Shown here piece by piece: positions 1-9,804 of a DNA stretch of 64,000 nt. A model generated the notes under the pieces. The model was not told the DNA's origin and ran no database searches. It saw only the letters and a program-made list of their open reading frames with translations. The first letter of the stretch is position 1; each line of letters starts with the position of its first letter. Made by a program: the position numbers and the translations under genes. Source of the DNA: Acidobacteriota bacterium (lineage in GTDB: Bacteria; Acidobacteriota; Vicinamibacteria; Vicinamibacterales; UBA2999); the NCBI GenBank assembly GCA_031364805.1, contig JANLWW010000179.1:3159-67158 (forward strand). The letters are read 5' to 3'.

Positions 1-198
1 CAGGCCATGGCCAAGCTGATGCACGGGCGCACGACCTTTGTCATCGCCCACCGCCTGTCGACCATCCGCAACGCGGACGTCATCCTGATGATGGAGCGCG
101 GCCGGATCGTCGAGCAGGGCACCCACCAGGCGCTGTTGGCGGCGCAGGGCCGCTACGCAGCGTTGTATGAAAGCCAGTTTGCGGGCAGCGTAGGATGA
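1..198 (+). CDS. ABC exporter (MsbA-like fused permease/ATPase), C-terminal fragment; 5' end outside the window
   Basis: Open from nt 1 in the frame of ORF 7..198. The stretch [36 protein letters not shown] is the H-loop/C-terminal end of an ABC nucleotide-binding domain. Stop at 196-198. Confidence 0.85.
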   Translation, partial: QAMAKLMHGRTTFVIAHRLSTIRNADVILMMERGRIVEQGTHQALLAAQGRYAALYESQFAGSVG

Positions 199-252
199 GC
201 CTTGCGTGTTGATGGGCTCCGGATCCGAGAAACGGACCTTCTGTTGACCCGG

Positions 253-280
253 AGAGGCCGCAATACGGCCTATTCGTCCT
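253..280. repeat. 28-nt hairpin-containing intergenic repeat, copy A (AGAGGCCGCAATACGGCCTATTCGTCCT)
   Basis: Matches 39889..39916 at 27 of 29 aligned columns, with one 1-nt indel in each copy. Contains the stem AGGCCG/CGGCCT. Confidence 0.7.
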
Positions 281-468
281 GAAGAGCTCCTGGCCGGCCA
301 ATCATTCCCCCCGTCACTGTTTCATGTGTTGGCGCTGAGACCTGATTTATTGCGGGTGTATCAGTTTGAACAGCGGGTCCGGTGCGTGTGCGCTGAAGTA
401 AGCGTGATCGGCGCGCCGCCGATGAGGACGACTTGTTTAACTGCTGACTCATCAACCAGGAGGTCTCC

Positions 469-966
469 GTGAAGTCGATCATCTACGGCACGTTATTGGG
501 AATAGCCCTCGTCGTCGCACAACCGTTACTGGCGCAGCCCGCCGACAAGAGTCTCTATGAGCGGCTTGGCGGCGTCTTCGCAATCTCGGCAGTCGTTGAT
601 CACTTCAGCGACGCGATCGTCAAGAATCCAGTCGTCGGGCAGGCATCGAAGAATCCGGCACTCAGAGAATGGCACACGAAGAATCTCGGCCGCTTACCCG
701 GCCTCAAGTTCATGCGCACGCTGTGGGTGTGCGAGGCAACTGGCGGGCCGTTCCAGTTTTCGCCGACCAAGCCTGGCAAGACGCACCTGGGCCTTGAGGA
801 AGCGCATCGTGGCCTCAAGATTTCGCCGGCGGAGTTTGATGAAGTCGCCGCGGAACTTGGGCGCACACTCGATCACTTCAAGGTCGGTCCGGGAGAGAAG
901 AAAGAAGTTCTTGGCGCCTTTGCCGCGCACAAGAACGAAGTCACGACCGGTTACACGGCGAAGTGA
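469..966 (+). CDS. truncated (2-on-2) haemoglobin family protein with Sec-type signal peptide
   Basis: GTG start preceded by AGGAGG. N-terminus MKSIIYGTLLGIALVVAQPLLA/QP looks like a signal peptide. LYERLGG..AISAVVDHF...ATGGP...EEAHRGLKISPAEFDEV follows the trHb pattern. Confidence 0.75.
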   Translation: MKSIIYGTLLGIALVVAQPLLAQPADKSLYERLGGVFAISAVVDHFSDAIVKNPVVGQASKNPALREWHTKNLGRLPGLKFMRTLWVCEATGGPFQFSPTKPGKTHLGLEEAHRGLKISPAEFDEVAAELGRTLDHFKVGPGEKKEVLGAFAAHKNEVTTGYTAK

Positions 967-973
967 ACACATG

Positions 974-999
974 CGGCGGCACGGAGCACCGTGCCGCCG
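974..999. terminator. putative rho-independent terminator between convergent genes
   Basis: Perfect 11-bp stem CGGCGGCACGG / CCGTGCCGCCG with loop AGCA, 8 nt after the globin stop. Only a weak T tract follows (TCGCTTCG). Confidence 0.5.
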
Positions 1000-1082
1000 T
1001 CGCTTCGCCGGATCCTCGCCGACCAGCGACGCCCACGGTAAGGGCAATCGATACGGCTACGGCCACGCGCTGATTCAATCCG

Positions 1083-3135
1083 TTACTGTCCGCCCTCCAC
1101 ATTCATGACCCACAGATCACCGATGTCTTCTTCCCAGGTGAAGTAGAGAAACTGTCCGTCGGTGGCAACGTAGCCCATCGCACCGCGCCGGCCGCTCAAC
1201 TTCGTGAGTGGGCGGGCAGCGGTTCCATCGTCACGAACCATCATCGCGACACCGTCCGCCTCTCCAGGCGCGACATAGATCAGCGACTTTCCGTCGGGTA
1301 ACCACGCGGGGACACCGCGGACCGTGCCCTTGACGATCATTCGCAGCCCTGAGCCGTCAGCGCCCACCACGCTCAGGCCGCGCCTCTCGAGGAATGCCAG
1401 CCGATCATCCTCGGGCGACCACTTGGGAGTTGCCGACCGAGTAGGCAAGAGTACATGACTCGGTCCGCCACCAGCCGGCGATACGAGAATCCCGCCACCG
1501 TTTCGGCCCGTGAAGCAGGCGATCCACTTTCCGTCCGACGACCACGTGGGCCCCAAGTCTTCGGCCGGGTCGTTGGTGATCTGCGTCCAGGCGCCACCGG
1601 CTGACGGCATCGTGAAGATTTCGCGGTTGCCGGTCCGGAAGGCGTAAAAAGCCAGGGTGTCCTGATCAGGTGACCACACGGGGGCCCATTCCGGTGCGGG
1701 ATCGGTGGTGAGTTGCTGCATCTCACCACCGTCGGTGCGCATGACCCGGCTACGACATCAATAAAGGGCGTGATTGTAGGACTGCCGCCAACGCAGGCGA
1801 GTTGCTTCCCGTCGGAAGACCATTGAGGCGGATTGGGATCGATGGGACTGGCGGCGCCGACCTTGCGCGCTGATCCGGAGAGTGCAGGCATCACGTAGCA
1901 GCCTCCACCGTCGCGGTCAGACCAAAAGGCAACCTGCGTACCATCTGGCGACCACGACGGAAACTGATCGATGCCGGCATGGTCGCTGGTACGGTTAATC
2001 GGGCTGCCGCCACCCACCTGAGCGACCCAGATGTCCCAGTTTCCGCCGCCCGCACTGCCGCTCGCATTGGCGGCATACGCAATCGTGCGTCCGTCGGGCG
2101 ACCAGGCGGGGAATTCCTCAACACCAATGGAGGTCGTCACCTGTGTGGGATTGATGAGCCGCACCGGCATGACCGCACCCGGCTTGGCGTTCGACATCCC
2201 GCGCCACGCGGCGAAGCCGGCGAGCGCAACGACGGTCAAGGCAAGGGCGGCAACCAACACGGTGCGCCGGCCGCCGGCCGCGATCGACGGGAGCGCGGTC
2301 ACCGGGCCCGCAATATCGAGCGCCAATGCGACCTCGCTGGCGTGAGCGGGGGCGCTGGTCGGGCTCCTTTGCAAGACACCGCTCAATGATCCGCGCGAGC
2401 GCGGCAGGCGTGCCCGACGGCAGCGGGGCAGGCGCGTCGCGAAGAATGGCGGCCGCGAGGTCGGAGTCCGTCTGATTCTGAAAGGGGGCGTGACCGGACG
2501 CCATCTCGTGCAGGACGACGCCAAGCGACCAGATATCGCTGCGGGCATCCGCGAGGTGGCCTTGCAGCACCTCCGGCGCCATGTAGGCCAGCGTTCCAGC
2601 CATCAGCGCGTTCGGCGCGGGCTGCGTCATCGTCCGCGTCGCTTCGTGTGACGATTCGGCGCGCGTGGCAATCCCGAAGTCCAGCACTTTCGACCGTCCG
2701 TCCGACGTGAGCATCACGTTGGCGGTCTTCAAGTCGCGATGCACGATGCCGTGCGCATGCGCGTGCTCGAGCGCGGCCGCGAGTTGCTGGCCGATGCGGC
2801 ACACCCGCTCCGGCGACATCGGCCTGCGCCGCAATGCGGCCTGCAGTGTTTCTCCGCCAATCAATTCCATCGCGATGAACGGGACGCCGTTCGAGTCGCC
2901 CACTTCATGGACCGTGCAGATGTTGGGATGGTTCAGCGCGCCAGCGCTGCGCGCCTCATGCAGCAGTCGGGCGTGCGCGGCAGTATCGGTGTCGGCGATG
3001 TCGGGGAGGAGCTTGAGCGCCACCTCCCTGCGCAGCCTGGTGTCGAGGGCACGGTAGACGACACCGCATGCCGCCGGCGCCGATCGTGCCCAGGATCTCG
3101 TACGCGCCGAATCGATCGCCAGACGCCAGAGTCAT
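1083..3135 (-). pseudogene. Ser/Thr protein kinase - TM - PD40/TolB-like beta-propeller fusion, disrupted by three frameshifts
   Basis: ATG at 3135 gives MTLASGDRFGAYEILGTIGAGGM. A 1-nt shift near 3066 then continues as GVVYRALDTRLRREVALKLL..HRDLKTANVML..DFGIA..APE (frame of ORF 2118..3023). A second shift in a G5 run near 2347-2351 enters the frame with a TM helix and repeats WSPDGRTIAY/WSPDGTQVAF/WSSDGKQLA (ORF 1373..2548). A third shift near 1745-1757 enters ORF 1083..1742 (WSPDQDTLAF, WSSDGKWIA, WSPEDDRLAF). Confidence 0.75.
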
Positions 3136-3247
3136 TCTTCGGGGGGATTATAGCGGCCGCGAGACGCGGCAGACCGGATTTGGGGCTGCCGGAGTGTATA
3201 CTCCGGCCAACCAGTTTCTTGTCGGCTCATCTGCGAAGGAGAGACCC

Positions 3248-4522
3248 ATGGGTGTAAAACGACCTGCTCGGCGGGAATTCCTCAAAAGCGGCGCCGCCTT
3301 GGCCGGTGGTTTCACCTTGGGAGGCGTCGCACCCGCGAGCGGCCAGACACCCGCGGGCCAAACACACGCGGACCAACCACACGCGTCTCCGTCGATGATC
3401 CACGAGGCGAAGGATCAGATCGCCTACGGCGAGCGCTCAGCTCACGTCACCTCGGTCCGCATCGCCCACGGCGGCAGGCCCTCGCCGGACAACTGGGGGC
3501 TCACGTTTCATGTCGCGGCCCCGCTTCAGGATTCGGTCGGAATCATCACGCCATCCTCGCTCCACTACATGGGGACCACGCGCGGCGCCTTTCTCCCGGA
3601 TGTCGATCCCAAGGAGCACCGTCTCATGATTCACGGCCTGGTGGACCGTCCGCTGACGCTCACCATGGAGGACTTAAAGCGGCTCCCGTCTGTGACGCGC
3701 ATTCATTTCATCGAATGCGCGGGGAACCGATCATCGCGTCGAGCGAAGACGGTGCAAGAAACGCATGGCATGACGAGTTGCGCCGAATGGACGGGCGTGC
3801 TCCTGTCCACGCTGCTGAAGGAGTGCGGCCTGAAGACCGGGGCCTCCTGGTTCGTCGCCGAAGGGTCGGAGGAAGTGAAGGGCGCGTCGAGCATGCCGAT
3901 CGCCAAGGCGATGGAAGACTGCTTCGTGGCGTACGGGATGAACGGCGAGGCCGTGCGGCCGCAGAACGGGTTTCCGCTGCGGCTGATGGTTCCCGGCTTC
4001 GAAGGCATTTTTCACACCAAGTGGTTGCGGCGCATCAAGGTGGTGGACCGCTACTACATGAACTACAACGACTTCGGACATCTCGATCGGGATCCGAAGG
4101 TAGCGGCATTGGACTACCAGATCGGCCCCAAGTCCGTCGTCACGTTCCCGTCCGCCGGGCAACAGCTGCCCGCCCGCGGCTTCTACGAGGTAAGCGGCCT
4201 CGCCTGGTCCGGTGGCGGCGCGATCAAGAAGGTGGAAGTGTCCACTGACGGTGGCAAGCGCTGGAACCTCGCCGAGATCAAAGGAATCGCGCATCGCATG
4301 GCGCACACCCGATTCAGCTACATGTGGAATTGGGACGGACAGGAGAGCGAGATCCAGTCGCGCTGCACGGACGAACTCGGTCAGGTGCAACCGTCGCGCG
4401 CAGAGATCGCGAAGTACTGGAACAAGCCCTTTGATGCGACATTCAGCGTGCCTGGTCTGGACAACAGCATTCAGCCGTGGCGGATCGCCGGCGATGGCAG
4501 CGTGACCAATGGCTTTGCTTAA
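3248..4522 (+). CDS. molybdopterin-dependent sulfite dehydrogenase, SorA/SoxC family (Tat-exported)
   Basis: ATG 3248 preceded by AAGGAG. Twin-arginine signal KRPARREFLKSGAALAGG. Sulfite-oxidase-family Mo-ligand motif HFIECAGNR. C-terminal dimerisation-domain-like region. Overlaps and precedes a cytochrome c gene. Confidence 0.8.
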   Translation: MGVKRPARREFLKSGAALAGGFTLGGVAPASGQTPAGQTHADQPHASPSMIHEAKDQIAYGERSAHVTSVRIAHGGRPSPDNWGLTFHVAAPLQDSVGIITPSSLHYMGTTRGAFLPDVDPKEHRLMIHGLVDRPLTLTMEDLKRLPSVTRIHFIECAGNRSSRRAKTVQETHGMTSCAEWTGVLLSTLLKECGLKTGASWFVAEGSEEVKGASSMPIAKAMEDCFVAYGMNGEAVRPQNGFPLRLMVPGFEGIFHTKWLRRIKVVDRYYMNYNDFGHLDRDPKVAALDYQIGPKSVVTFPSAGQQLPARGFYEVSGLAWSGGGAIKKVEVSTDGGKRWNLAEIKGIAHRMAHTRFSYMWNWDGQESEIQSRCTDELGQVQPSRAEIAKYWNKPFDATFSVPGLDNSIQPWRIAGDGSVTNGFA

Positions 4523-5069
4523 AACTGTGGCGTTCGCGTTGCTCATGGGCGTCTCCGCGCTGGCGCAGTCGCCGACGTACAGGGTGGGACGCACGCCAAC
4601 CGCCGAAGAAATCCGCGCGTGGGATATCTCGATCGGTCCGACCGGAGAGGAACTCCCGCCCGGACGCGGCACCGTCAGGGAGGGCGCGCAGCTGTATCGC
4701 ACGAAGGGCTGCGCGGGCTGCCACGGGGCCACCGCGATCGACGGCAAGGCGCCGATCCTGAAAAGCAAGGCCGGCCCGGACGTTGAGCTGTGGGCACGTG
4801 GCCGAATCCTGCCGCTGCGCGCGCCGTTCGCGACGACGGTCTGGGATTACATCAACCGCGCCATGCCTCTCAACCGAGAGGGAACGTTAACCGCCGATGA
4901 GGTCTACGCGATTACCGCGTACTTGCTGTTCATCAACGATGTCATCCGGGAGGACGAAGTGCTCGACGCCAAGACCTTGCCGAACGTGAAGATGCCAATC
5001 GGCGGTGATTACGCTTCTCTGCCTGACTGGAAGCCCAGAACGCCAAGGCTGAAAGGCTACCCCCACTAG
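4509..5069 (+). CDS. monohaem cytochrome c, SorB/SoxD-like partner of the sulfite dehydrogenase
   Basis: Signal peptide MALLKTVAFALLMGVSALAQS. Single haem-binding motif CAGCHG. 14-nt overlap with the upstream Mo-enzyme gene. Confidence 0.75.
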   Translation: MALLKTVAFALLMGVSALAQSPTYRVGRTPTAEEIRAWDISIGPTGEELPPGRGTVREGAQLYRTKGCAGCHGATAIDGKAPILKSKAGPDVELWARGRILPLRAPFATTVWDYINRAMPLNREGTLTADEVYAITAYLLFINDVIREDEVLDAKTLPNVKMPIGGDYASLPDWKPRTPRLKGYPH

Positions 5070-5159
5070 ACGTGGCTCCCGTGCTTGCGCCAGCAGTACC
5101 TTTAGGTTAACGTCACGCTGTTTGTTGGTGCCGTTAACGGTTTCCGGAGAAGCATAGCC

Positions 5160-8126
5160 ATGAGCAGCAAGATCCGTTGGACACGACTCGGCGGCGCGGT
5201 GGTGTTCGCACTGTGGTTCGGCGGATCGTCGGTGGCCGATGCCCAGAGTGGCCTGGGGGGCCTGCGGGGAACCGTCACCGACCAGCAGGGCGCTGGCCTG
5301 CCCGGCGTGACCGTGACCGCGAGTTCGCCCGACGTGTTGCGGCCGCAAAGCGACGTCACCAACGAGCGGGGAGAGTACCGACTGAATAACCTGGCGCCGG
5401 GCACGTTTTCCCTGACCGCCGAGCTGCCCGGATTCGCCACCTTTAAGCGAGACGGCATTCTCGTCCGCGTCGGGGCCACCTTCGCCGTCGACCTCACCAT
5501 GCAGTTGAGCACCGTCCAGGAGACGGTCACCGTCGTCGGCGACTCACCGATGATCGAAGTCGACAAGCCCGGCAACGTCCTCAATATCGACGGCGACTTT
5601 CAGCGGCTCATGCCGATTCAGGCACGGCGCAACTACAGTGACTTCCTGGAACTCACGCCGGGCGTCATCTCCCGTGGCTTCGACGATGGCAGTGGCCGGC
5701 AGGTGTATTTCGGCCATGGTACCGAGCATTTCGCCCACGTGCTGCAACTGGAAGGCACGATCGCGACCAATTACCACGACGCGCAGCTGACCTATGTCTC
5801 CATGGGCGCCGATATGGTGCAGGACATTCAGGTCAAGACCGGCGGCGTGGACGCGAGTTCGCCCATGGGCGTCGGCCTGGTCATGAACATCGTGACCAAG
5901 AGCGGTGGCAACACGTTTAAGGGGAGCGGCGCGTTTGCGTATCAGCCTTTCGGCTGGAACGGCAACAACGTCGACAACTGTTCCGACGCGCCCGGGTGCA
6001 AGCCCGGCAGCGGCGGCACCCCGACCACGGCCTACGTCAGGCAGTTCGATGTCGCACTCGGCGGACCGGTGATGAAGGACAAGGTCTGGTTTTTCGGCGC
6101 GCTGCGCCGCGCCATGTCTGCCGCCGGCATCAGCCGCACGGCGGTCGAGGTCGAGCGCATCAAGGCCTACAAGCCGGACGCCGCGCTCTTCAATAACGAC
6201 AGCGAGAGCTGGCAGCCGTTCCTCAAGTTCAGCGGCCGCGCGGGCCGCCACGACATTCAGGGTTTTTTCCAGCAGGATCGTCTGCTGCTGACGGGAAACC
6301 GGGAATACAACTACGAGGAGATTTCCGCGCAGTCCACGGGCGGTCCCCTGTACAGCGGCAAGGTCACGTCGGTGTGGGGCATGCGCACCACCACGACCTT
6401 TACCGCGTCGTACAACGGCAAGGGCGGCTCCGATGCCTCGACGTTCGCGGGGCTGGGCCTGACCGGACCGCAGATCATCATCCACAACGCCGCCAATGTG
6501 CAGGGCAGCACCGTGCAGGGGTCCGGCCGCATCCTCGAAGGTGGCAACCTGGCGTCGTACAGTTACCAGCCGGCCTCGCAGATCGTGGCGCGCGGCGACC
6601 TCACGTACTACAAGGAGGGCTGGGGTGGCAGCCACCAGTTCCAGACCGGGTTCTTCGCCGCTCCCCGCAACACCTACGACCAGCAGACGGAGTACGTCAA
6701 CGGTGGATTCGTGCTCGAGGAGCACTACCTCCGCACGCCCGGCAACGTCGCGGGTGGCACCGTGCCGTTCCATCGCCGCTACAACTCGCCGACGTCGCTG
6801 ACCACGCGCGCGGCGCGCGATCGTGACATCGGTATCTACGTGCAGGACACCTGGCGTGCGGGCAGCCGGCTCACCCTGAACGTCGGCGTGCGTGCCGACT
6901 TCGTCACCCGCAACGACGACATCTTCAACATTCAGCGGCAGAACAGCACCTCGATTGGTCCGCGGTTCGGGTTTTCGTACCTCATCACCAAGGATGCGCG
7001 CAACGTGCTGCGGGGCAGTTACGTGCGCGTGCACGAACAGGTCATGGGCCGCGACGCCGTCACCATTTTCGGCGCCAACGAGGCGGCGGGGCAACGCGAT
7101 GAGTACGATGCCGACGGCGACGGCCGATTCGAGACTGTGGTCAATACCGCGGCCCGGTCGGCGTCGATTGCCGACTACGAGTTCGCGCCCGACCTGCATC
7201 AGCCGTACGTCGATGAGTTCATCCTCGGCTTCCGTAAGCAGTTCCCCGGGCAGATCAGCCTCGACGTCGCCGGCATCAGCCGCAGTTATCAGGACATGTG
7301 GGCGCGCGTCGACGTTAACGGCATCTATCCGAGTGGTCCCAACCAGCCGTTCGGCGGCTTCGGCAAGATCGATCCCACGCGCGGCATCATCTATCAGCAA
7401 CAGAACAACTCGTGGAGCACGCTCGAGTACCGGGCGCTGGAAGTGACCCTGGCCAAGAACCTGTCGAGGAAGTTCCAGGCGCTGGTCGGACTGAATCGCC
7501 AGTGGCAGCACTTCGGCGGCACCTGGAACCCGACTGATCCGGCGCGGTTCATCCAGCCAGAGACCTTCGACAGCAACACGCTGCTGTACATGCCGCGCGG
7601 CAACAATGAGGACAACAGCCTGCCCATCACGACCGGGACCACGGTCCACACCTACGGGCCGACCTGGCAGAAATATTCAACGCGCTTCGGCGGCTCGTAC
7701 CAGGCCCCCTGGGGCGTGAACCTGTCGGCGAGCCTCACCATTCTGGCAGGGCCCTGGTCGGGACCGATCGTCGACCTGCTGCCGGTCGGCGACCCGCAAT
7801 TGGCCGTGTTCGGGGCGGCGCGGACCGCGAACGGCCAAACCAATCCGTTGTCGACGCGAATGCGCTTTGCCTACCCGAATCGTGGCGAGGGCCAGGTGCA
7901 GGCTCCGGCGATCAAGACTCTTGGCCTCAACGTCAACAAGTCGGTGGGCCTCGGCCGCGGCCGCGAAGTGGTGCTGAGCGTGGCGACCTTCAACGTGATG
8001 AACGAAGGCAATTACAGCCAATACAACTACAGCGGCGCGAACGAGAAGTTCAACCCGAACTTCCTGCAGTTGCGCAATCAGCAGGCCGCCCGTGCGGCGC
8101 AGGTGACGGCGCTCGTGAAGTTCTAA
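5160..8126 (+). CDS. TonB-dependent receptor-like outer-membrane protein with carboxypeptidase-regulatory-like N-terminal domain (Oar-type)
   Basis: 988 aa with a signal peptide. GTVTDQQGAGLPGVTVTA...GEYRLNNLAPGTFSL is a CarboxypepD_reg-like fold. Plug-like segment, long beta-barrel, C-terminal ...ALVKF. Confidence 0.85.
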   Translation: MSSKIRWTRLGGAVVFALWFGGSSVADAQSGLGGLRGTVTDQQGAGLPGVTVTASSPDVLRPQSDVTNERGEYRLNNLAPGTFSLTAELPGFATFKRDGILVRVGATFAVDLTMQLSTVQETVTVVGDSPMIEVDKPGNVLNIDGDFQRLMPIQARRNYSDFLELTPGVISRGFDDGSGRQVYFGHGTEHFAHVLQLEGTIATNYHDAQLTYVSMGADMVQDIQVKTGGVDASSPMGVGLVMNIVTKSGGNTFKGSGAFAYQPFGWNGNNVDNCSDAPGCKPGSGGTPTTAYVRQFDVALGGPVMKDKVWFFGALRRAMSAAGISRTAVEVERIKAYKPDAALFNNDSESWQPFLKFSGRAGRHDIQGFFQQDRLLLTGNREYNYEEISAQSTGGPLYSGKVTSVWGMRTTTTFTASYNGKGGSDASTFAGLGLTGPQIIIHNAANVQGSTVQGSGRILEGGNLASYSYQPASQIVARGDLTYYKEGWGGSHQFQTGFFAAPRNTYDQQTEYVNGGFVLEEHYLRTPGNVAGGTVPFHRRYNSPTSLTTRAARDRDIGIYVQDTWRAGSRLTLNVGVRADFVTRNDDIFNIQRQNSTSIGPRFGFSYLITKDARNVLRGSYVRVHEQVMGRDAVTIFGANEAAGQRDEYDADGDGRFETVVNTAARSASIADYEFAPDLHQPYVDEFILGFRKQFPGQISLDVAGISRSYQDMWARVDVNGIYPSGPNQPFGGFGKIDPTRGIIYQQQNNSWSTLEYRALEVTLAKNLSRKFQALVGLNRQWQHFGGTWNPTDPARFIQPETFDSNTLLYMPRGNNEDNSLPITTGTTVHTYGPTWQKYSTRFGGSYQAPWGVNLSASLTILAGPWSGPIVDLLPVGDPQLAVFGAARTANGQTNPLSTRMRFAYPNRGEGQVQAPAIKTLGLNVNKSVGLGRGREVVLSVATFNVMNEGNYSQYNYSGANEKFNPNFLQLRNQQAARAAQVTALVKF

Positions 8127-8134
8127 CCACTCGA

Positions 8135-8170
8135 GGTGAGGGACGCTTCGCGCCGGAGGGGTCCCTCACC
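8135..8170 (+). terminator. putative terminator hairpin after the receptor gene
   Basis: Perfect 10-bp stem GGTGAGGGAC / GTCCCTCACC with a 16-nt loop, 9 nt after the stop. No clear U tract. Confidence 0.4.
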
Positions 8171-8357
8171 GTGCCCTTGACTTGGCCGCGGTGGTGCCCG
8201 TCGGCTACGGGACTTCTACAATCGCACCGCGCTTTGCGGCGACCGATGACACCATCGAGAACGCGAAGTTTGTTCCGATCTACCATGCAGACTCCAGTCG
8301 TGGTCGGCACCTGAACCTCCCGGGGCCCGAGACGACCGGCTTCCGTGGAGCGCTCCG

Positions 8358-9785
8358 ATGACACGCCTCATCCTGCTGTTCTCGCTCACGATCGTCTCCA
8401 CCGCGCTGCTGCGCGCCCAGGAGGCACCGCCATTCCAGAGCGACTTTCCCGCCGAGGAATTCGTCCAGCGGCGCGGCCGGGCGATGGACGCCATCGGTAC
8501 CGGGGCCATCGCCGTCGTGCCGGGCGCGCCCGGCGTGGACGGGTTCAAGGTGTTTCGCCAGAGCAATGAGTTCTACTACCTCACCGGCTTGGAGACGCCC
8601 CACGCCTATCTGGTGCTCGACGGCCGGACCCGGCGCACGACGCTGTATCTCTCCCATCGCAACGACGCGCTGGAACGCAGCACCGGCAAGATGTGGTCGG
8701 CAGAAGACGCCGCCGAAGTGACTCGGCTCACGGGCGTAGACGAGGTCGCGCCCGTTGAACTGCTGTCGCGTCAGACCTTCGGCGCGATGTTGCGACCGCC
8801 GCGTCCGCTGCTCTATGTGCCGTTCAGTCCGGCCGAGGGCGAGGCCCAGAGCCGTGACGAGCTGCTCGCCCATCAGGCCGGCGTGGCCGGCGATCCCTGG
8901 GATGGCCGGCCGTCACGCGAGGCACACTTCCTCCGCTTGCTCCAGGACCGCTATCCGGCGCTGGAGCGGCGCGATCTCACGCCCATCCTGGACACGCTGC
9001 GGATGATCAAGAGCGAGCGCGAGATCGCGCTCATCCGCAAGGCCTCGGTACTGGCTGGGCTCGGGTTGCTCGAAGCCATGAAGAGCACGCGGCCGGGGAT
9101 CTACGAGTATCAAGCGGCCGCCGCCGCCCGATTCACGTTCCTCGCTAGCGGCGCCAGGTTCGAGGGCTACAACCCGATTGCCGGTGGCGGCAGCAACGCG
9201 TGGCTGGGCCACTACTCGCGCAATCTCGATCTGTTGAAGGCCGGCGACCTGGTGCTGATGGACTACGCGCCAGACCTGCGCTACTACACGAGCGACGTAA
9301 CCCGCATGTGGCCGGTGAGCGGAACCTACACCGCCGAGCAGCGCACGCTCGTCACCTTCATCCTCGAGTACCGGACCGCGTTCTTCAAGTACATCAAGGC
9401 CGGCGTCACGCCAGAAGAGGTGCTGGTCAGCGCCCGGCGCGACATGGAGCCGGTGCTGGCGAAGACACGATTCGCGACCGAGACACACCGGAAGGCGGCG
9501 GAGGATATGCTGTCGTTTCGCGGTCACCTGCAGCACCCGGTCGGCATGACCGTGCACGATCCGGGCGCCATCTGGGGACGGCCGTTTCGCGAAGGCCAGG
9601 TGTTCACGGTGGATCCGATGATGTGGATCCCCGGCGAGAAGCTCTACGTGCGGATGGAAGACACGATCCTCGTGACCAAAGACGGCATCGAGAACTTCAC
9701 CGCGTTTCTCGCCAGCACGCCCGCGGAGATCGAAGCCGTGATGAAGCAGGACGGGATCTTGTCGCGCGTCCCGCGCCTGCCCTGA
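8358..9785 (+). CDS. Xaa-Pro aminopeptidase (M24B, PepP-like), exported
   Basis: Signal peptide MTRLILLFSLTIVSTALLRAQ. AMP_N-like N-terminal half followed by an M24 pita-bread domain (DLVLMDYAPDLRYYTSDVTR, HPVGMTVHD, MEDTILVT). Confidence 0.8.
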   Translation: MTRLILLFSLTIVSTALLRAQEAPPFQSDFPAEEFVQRRGRAMDAIGTGAIAVVPGAPGVDGFKVFRQSNEFYYLTGLETPHAYLVLDGRTRRTTLYLSHRNDALERSTGKMWSAEDAAEVTRLTGVDEVAPVELLSRQTFGAMLRPPRPLLYVPFSPAEGEAQSRDELLAHQAGVAGDPWDGRPSREAHFLRLLQDRYPALERRDLTPILDTLRMIKSEREIALIRKASVLAGLGLLEAMKSTRPGIYEYQAAAAARFTFLASGARFEGYNPIAGGGSNAWLGHYSRNLDLLKAGDLVLMDYAPDLRYYTSDVTRMWPVSGTYTAEQRTLVTFILEYRTAFFKYIKAGVTPEEVLVSARRDMEPVLAKTRFATETHRKAAEDMLSFRGHLQHPVGMTVHDPGAIWGRPFREGQVFTVDPMMWIPGEKLYVRMEDTILVTKDGIENFTAFLASTPAEIEAVMKQDGILSRVPRLP

Positions 9786-9804
9786 CCGTCACGGCGCCAC
9801 AGCG

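Noticed and set aside
1083-3135. Programmed ribosomal frameshifting as an explanation for the split kinase-PD40 gene
   Set aside because: There are three shifts of different direction at unrelated sequences, with no slippery heptamer or downstream structure. Decay or sequencing error is the simpler explanation.
3188-3207. Perfect 8-bp inverted repeat GCCGGAGT-GTAT-ACTCCGGC in the divergent region upstream of the sulfite dehydrogenase gene
   Set aside because: Could be an operator or a 5'-UTR hairpin. It is short and isolated, with no neighbouring regulator gene and no supporting promoter elements.
5105-5140. Two GTTAAC palindromes 27 bp apart upstream of receptor 1 (GGTTAACG ... CCGTTAACGG)
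   Set aside because: A 6-bp palindrome occurring twice can arise by chance. No known motif was recognised. Noted only.
5544-7649. 701-aa ORF on the minus strand, antisense to the Oar-type receptor gene
   Set aside because: Arg/Ala/Gly/Pro/Val-rich low-complexity translation with no motifs. This is typical of a stop-poor off-frame in GC-rich DNA. The sense-strand gene has clear family features.
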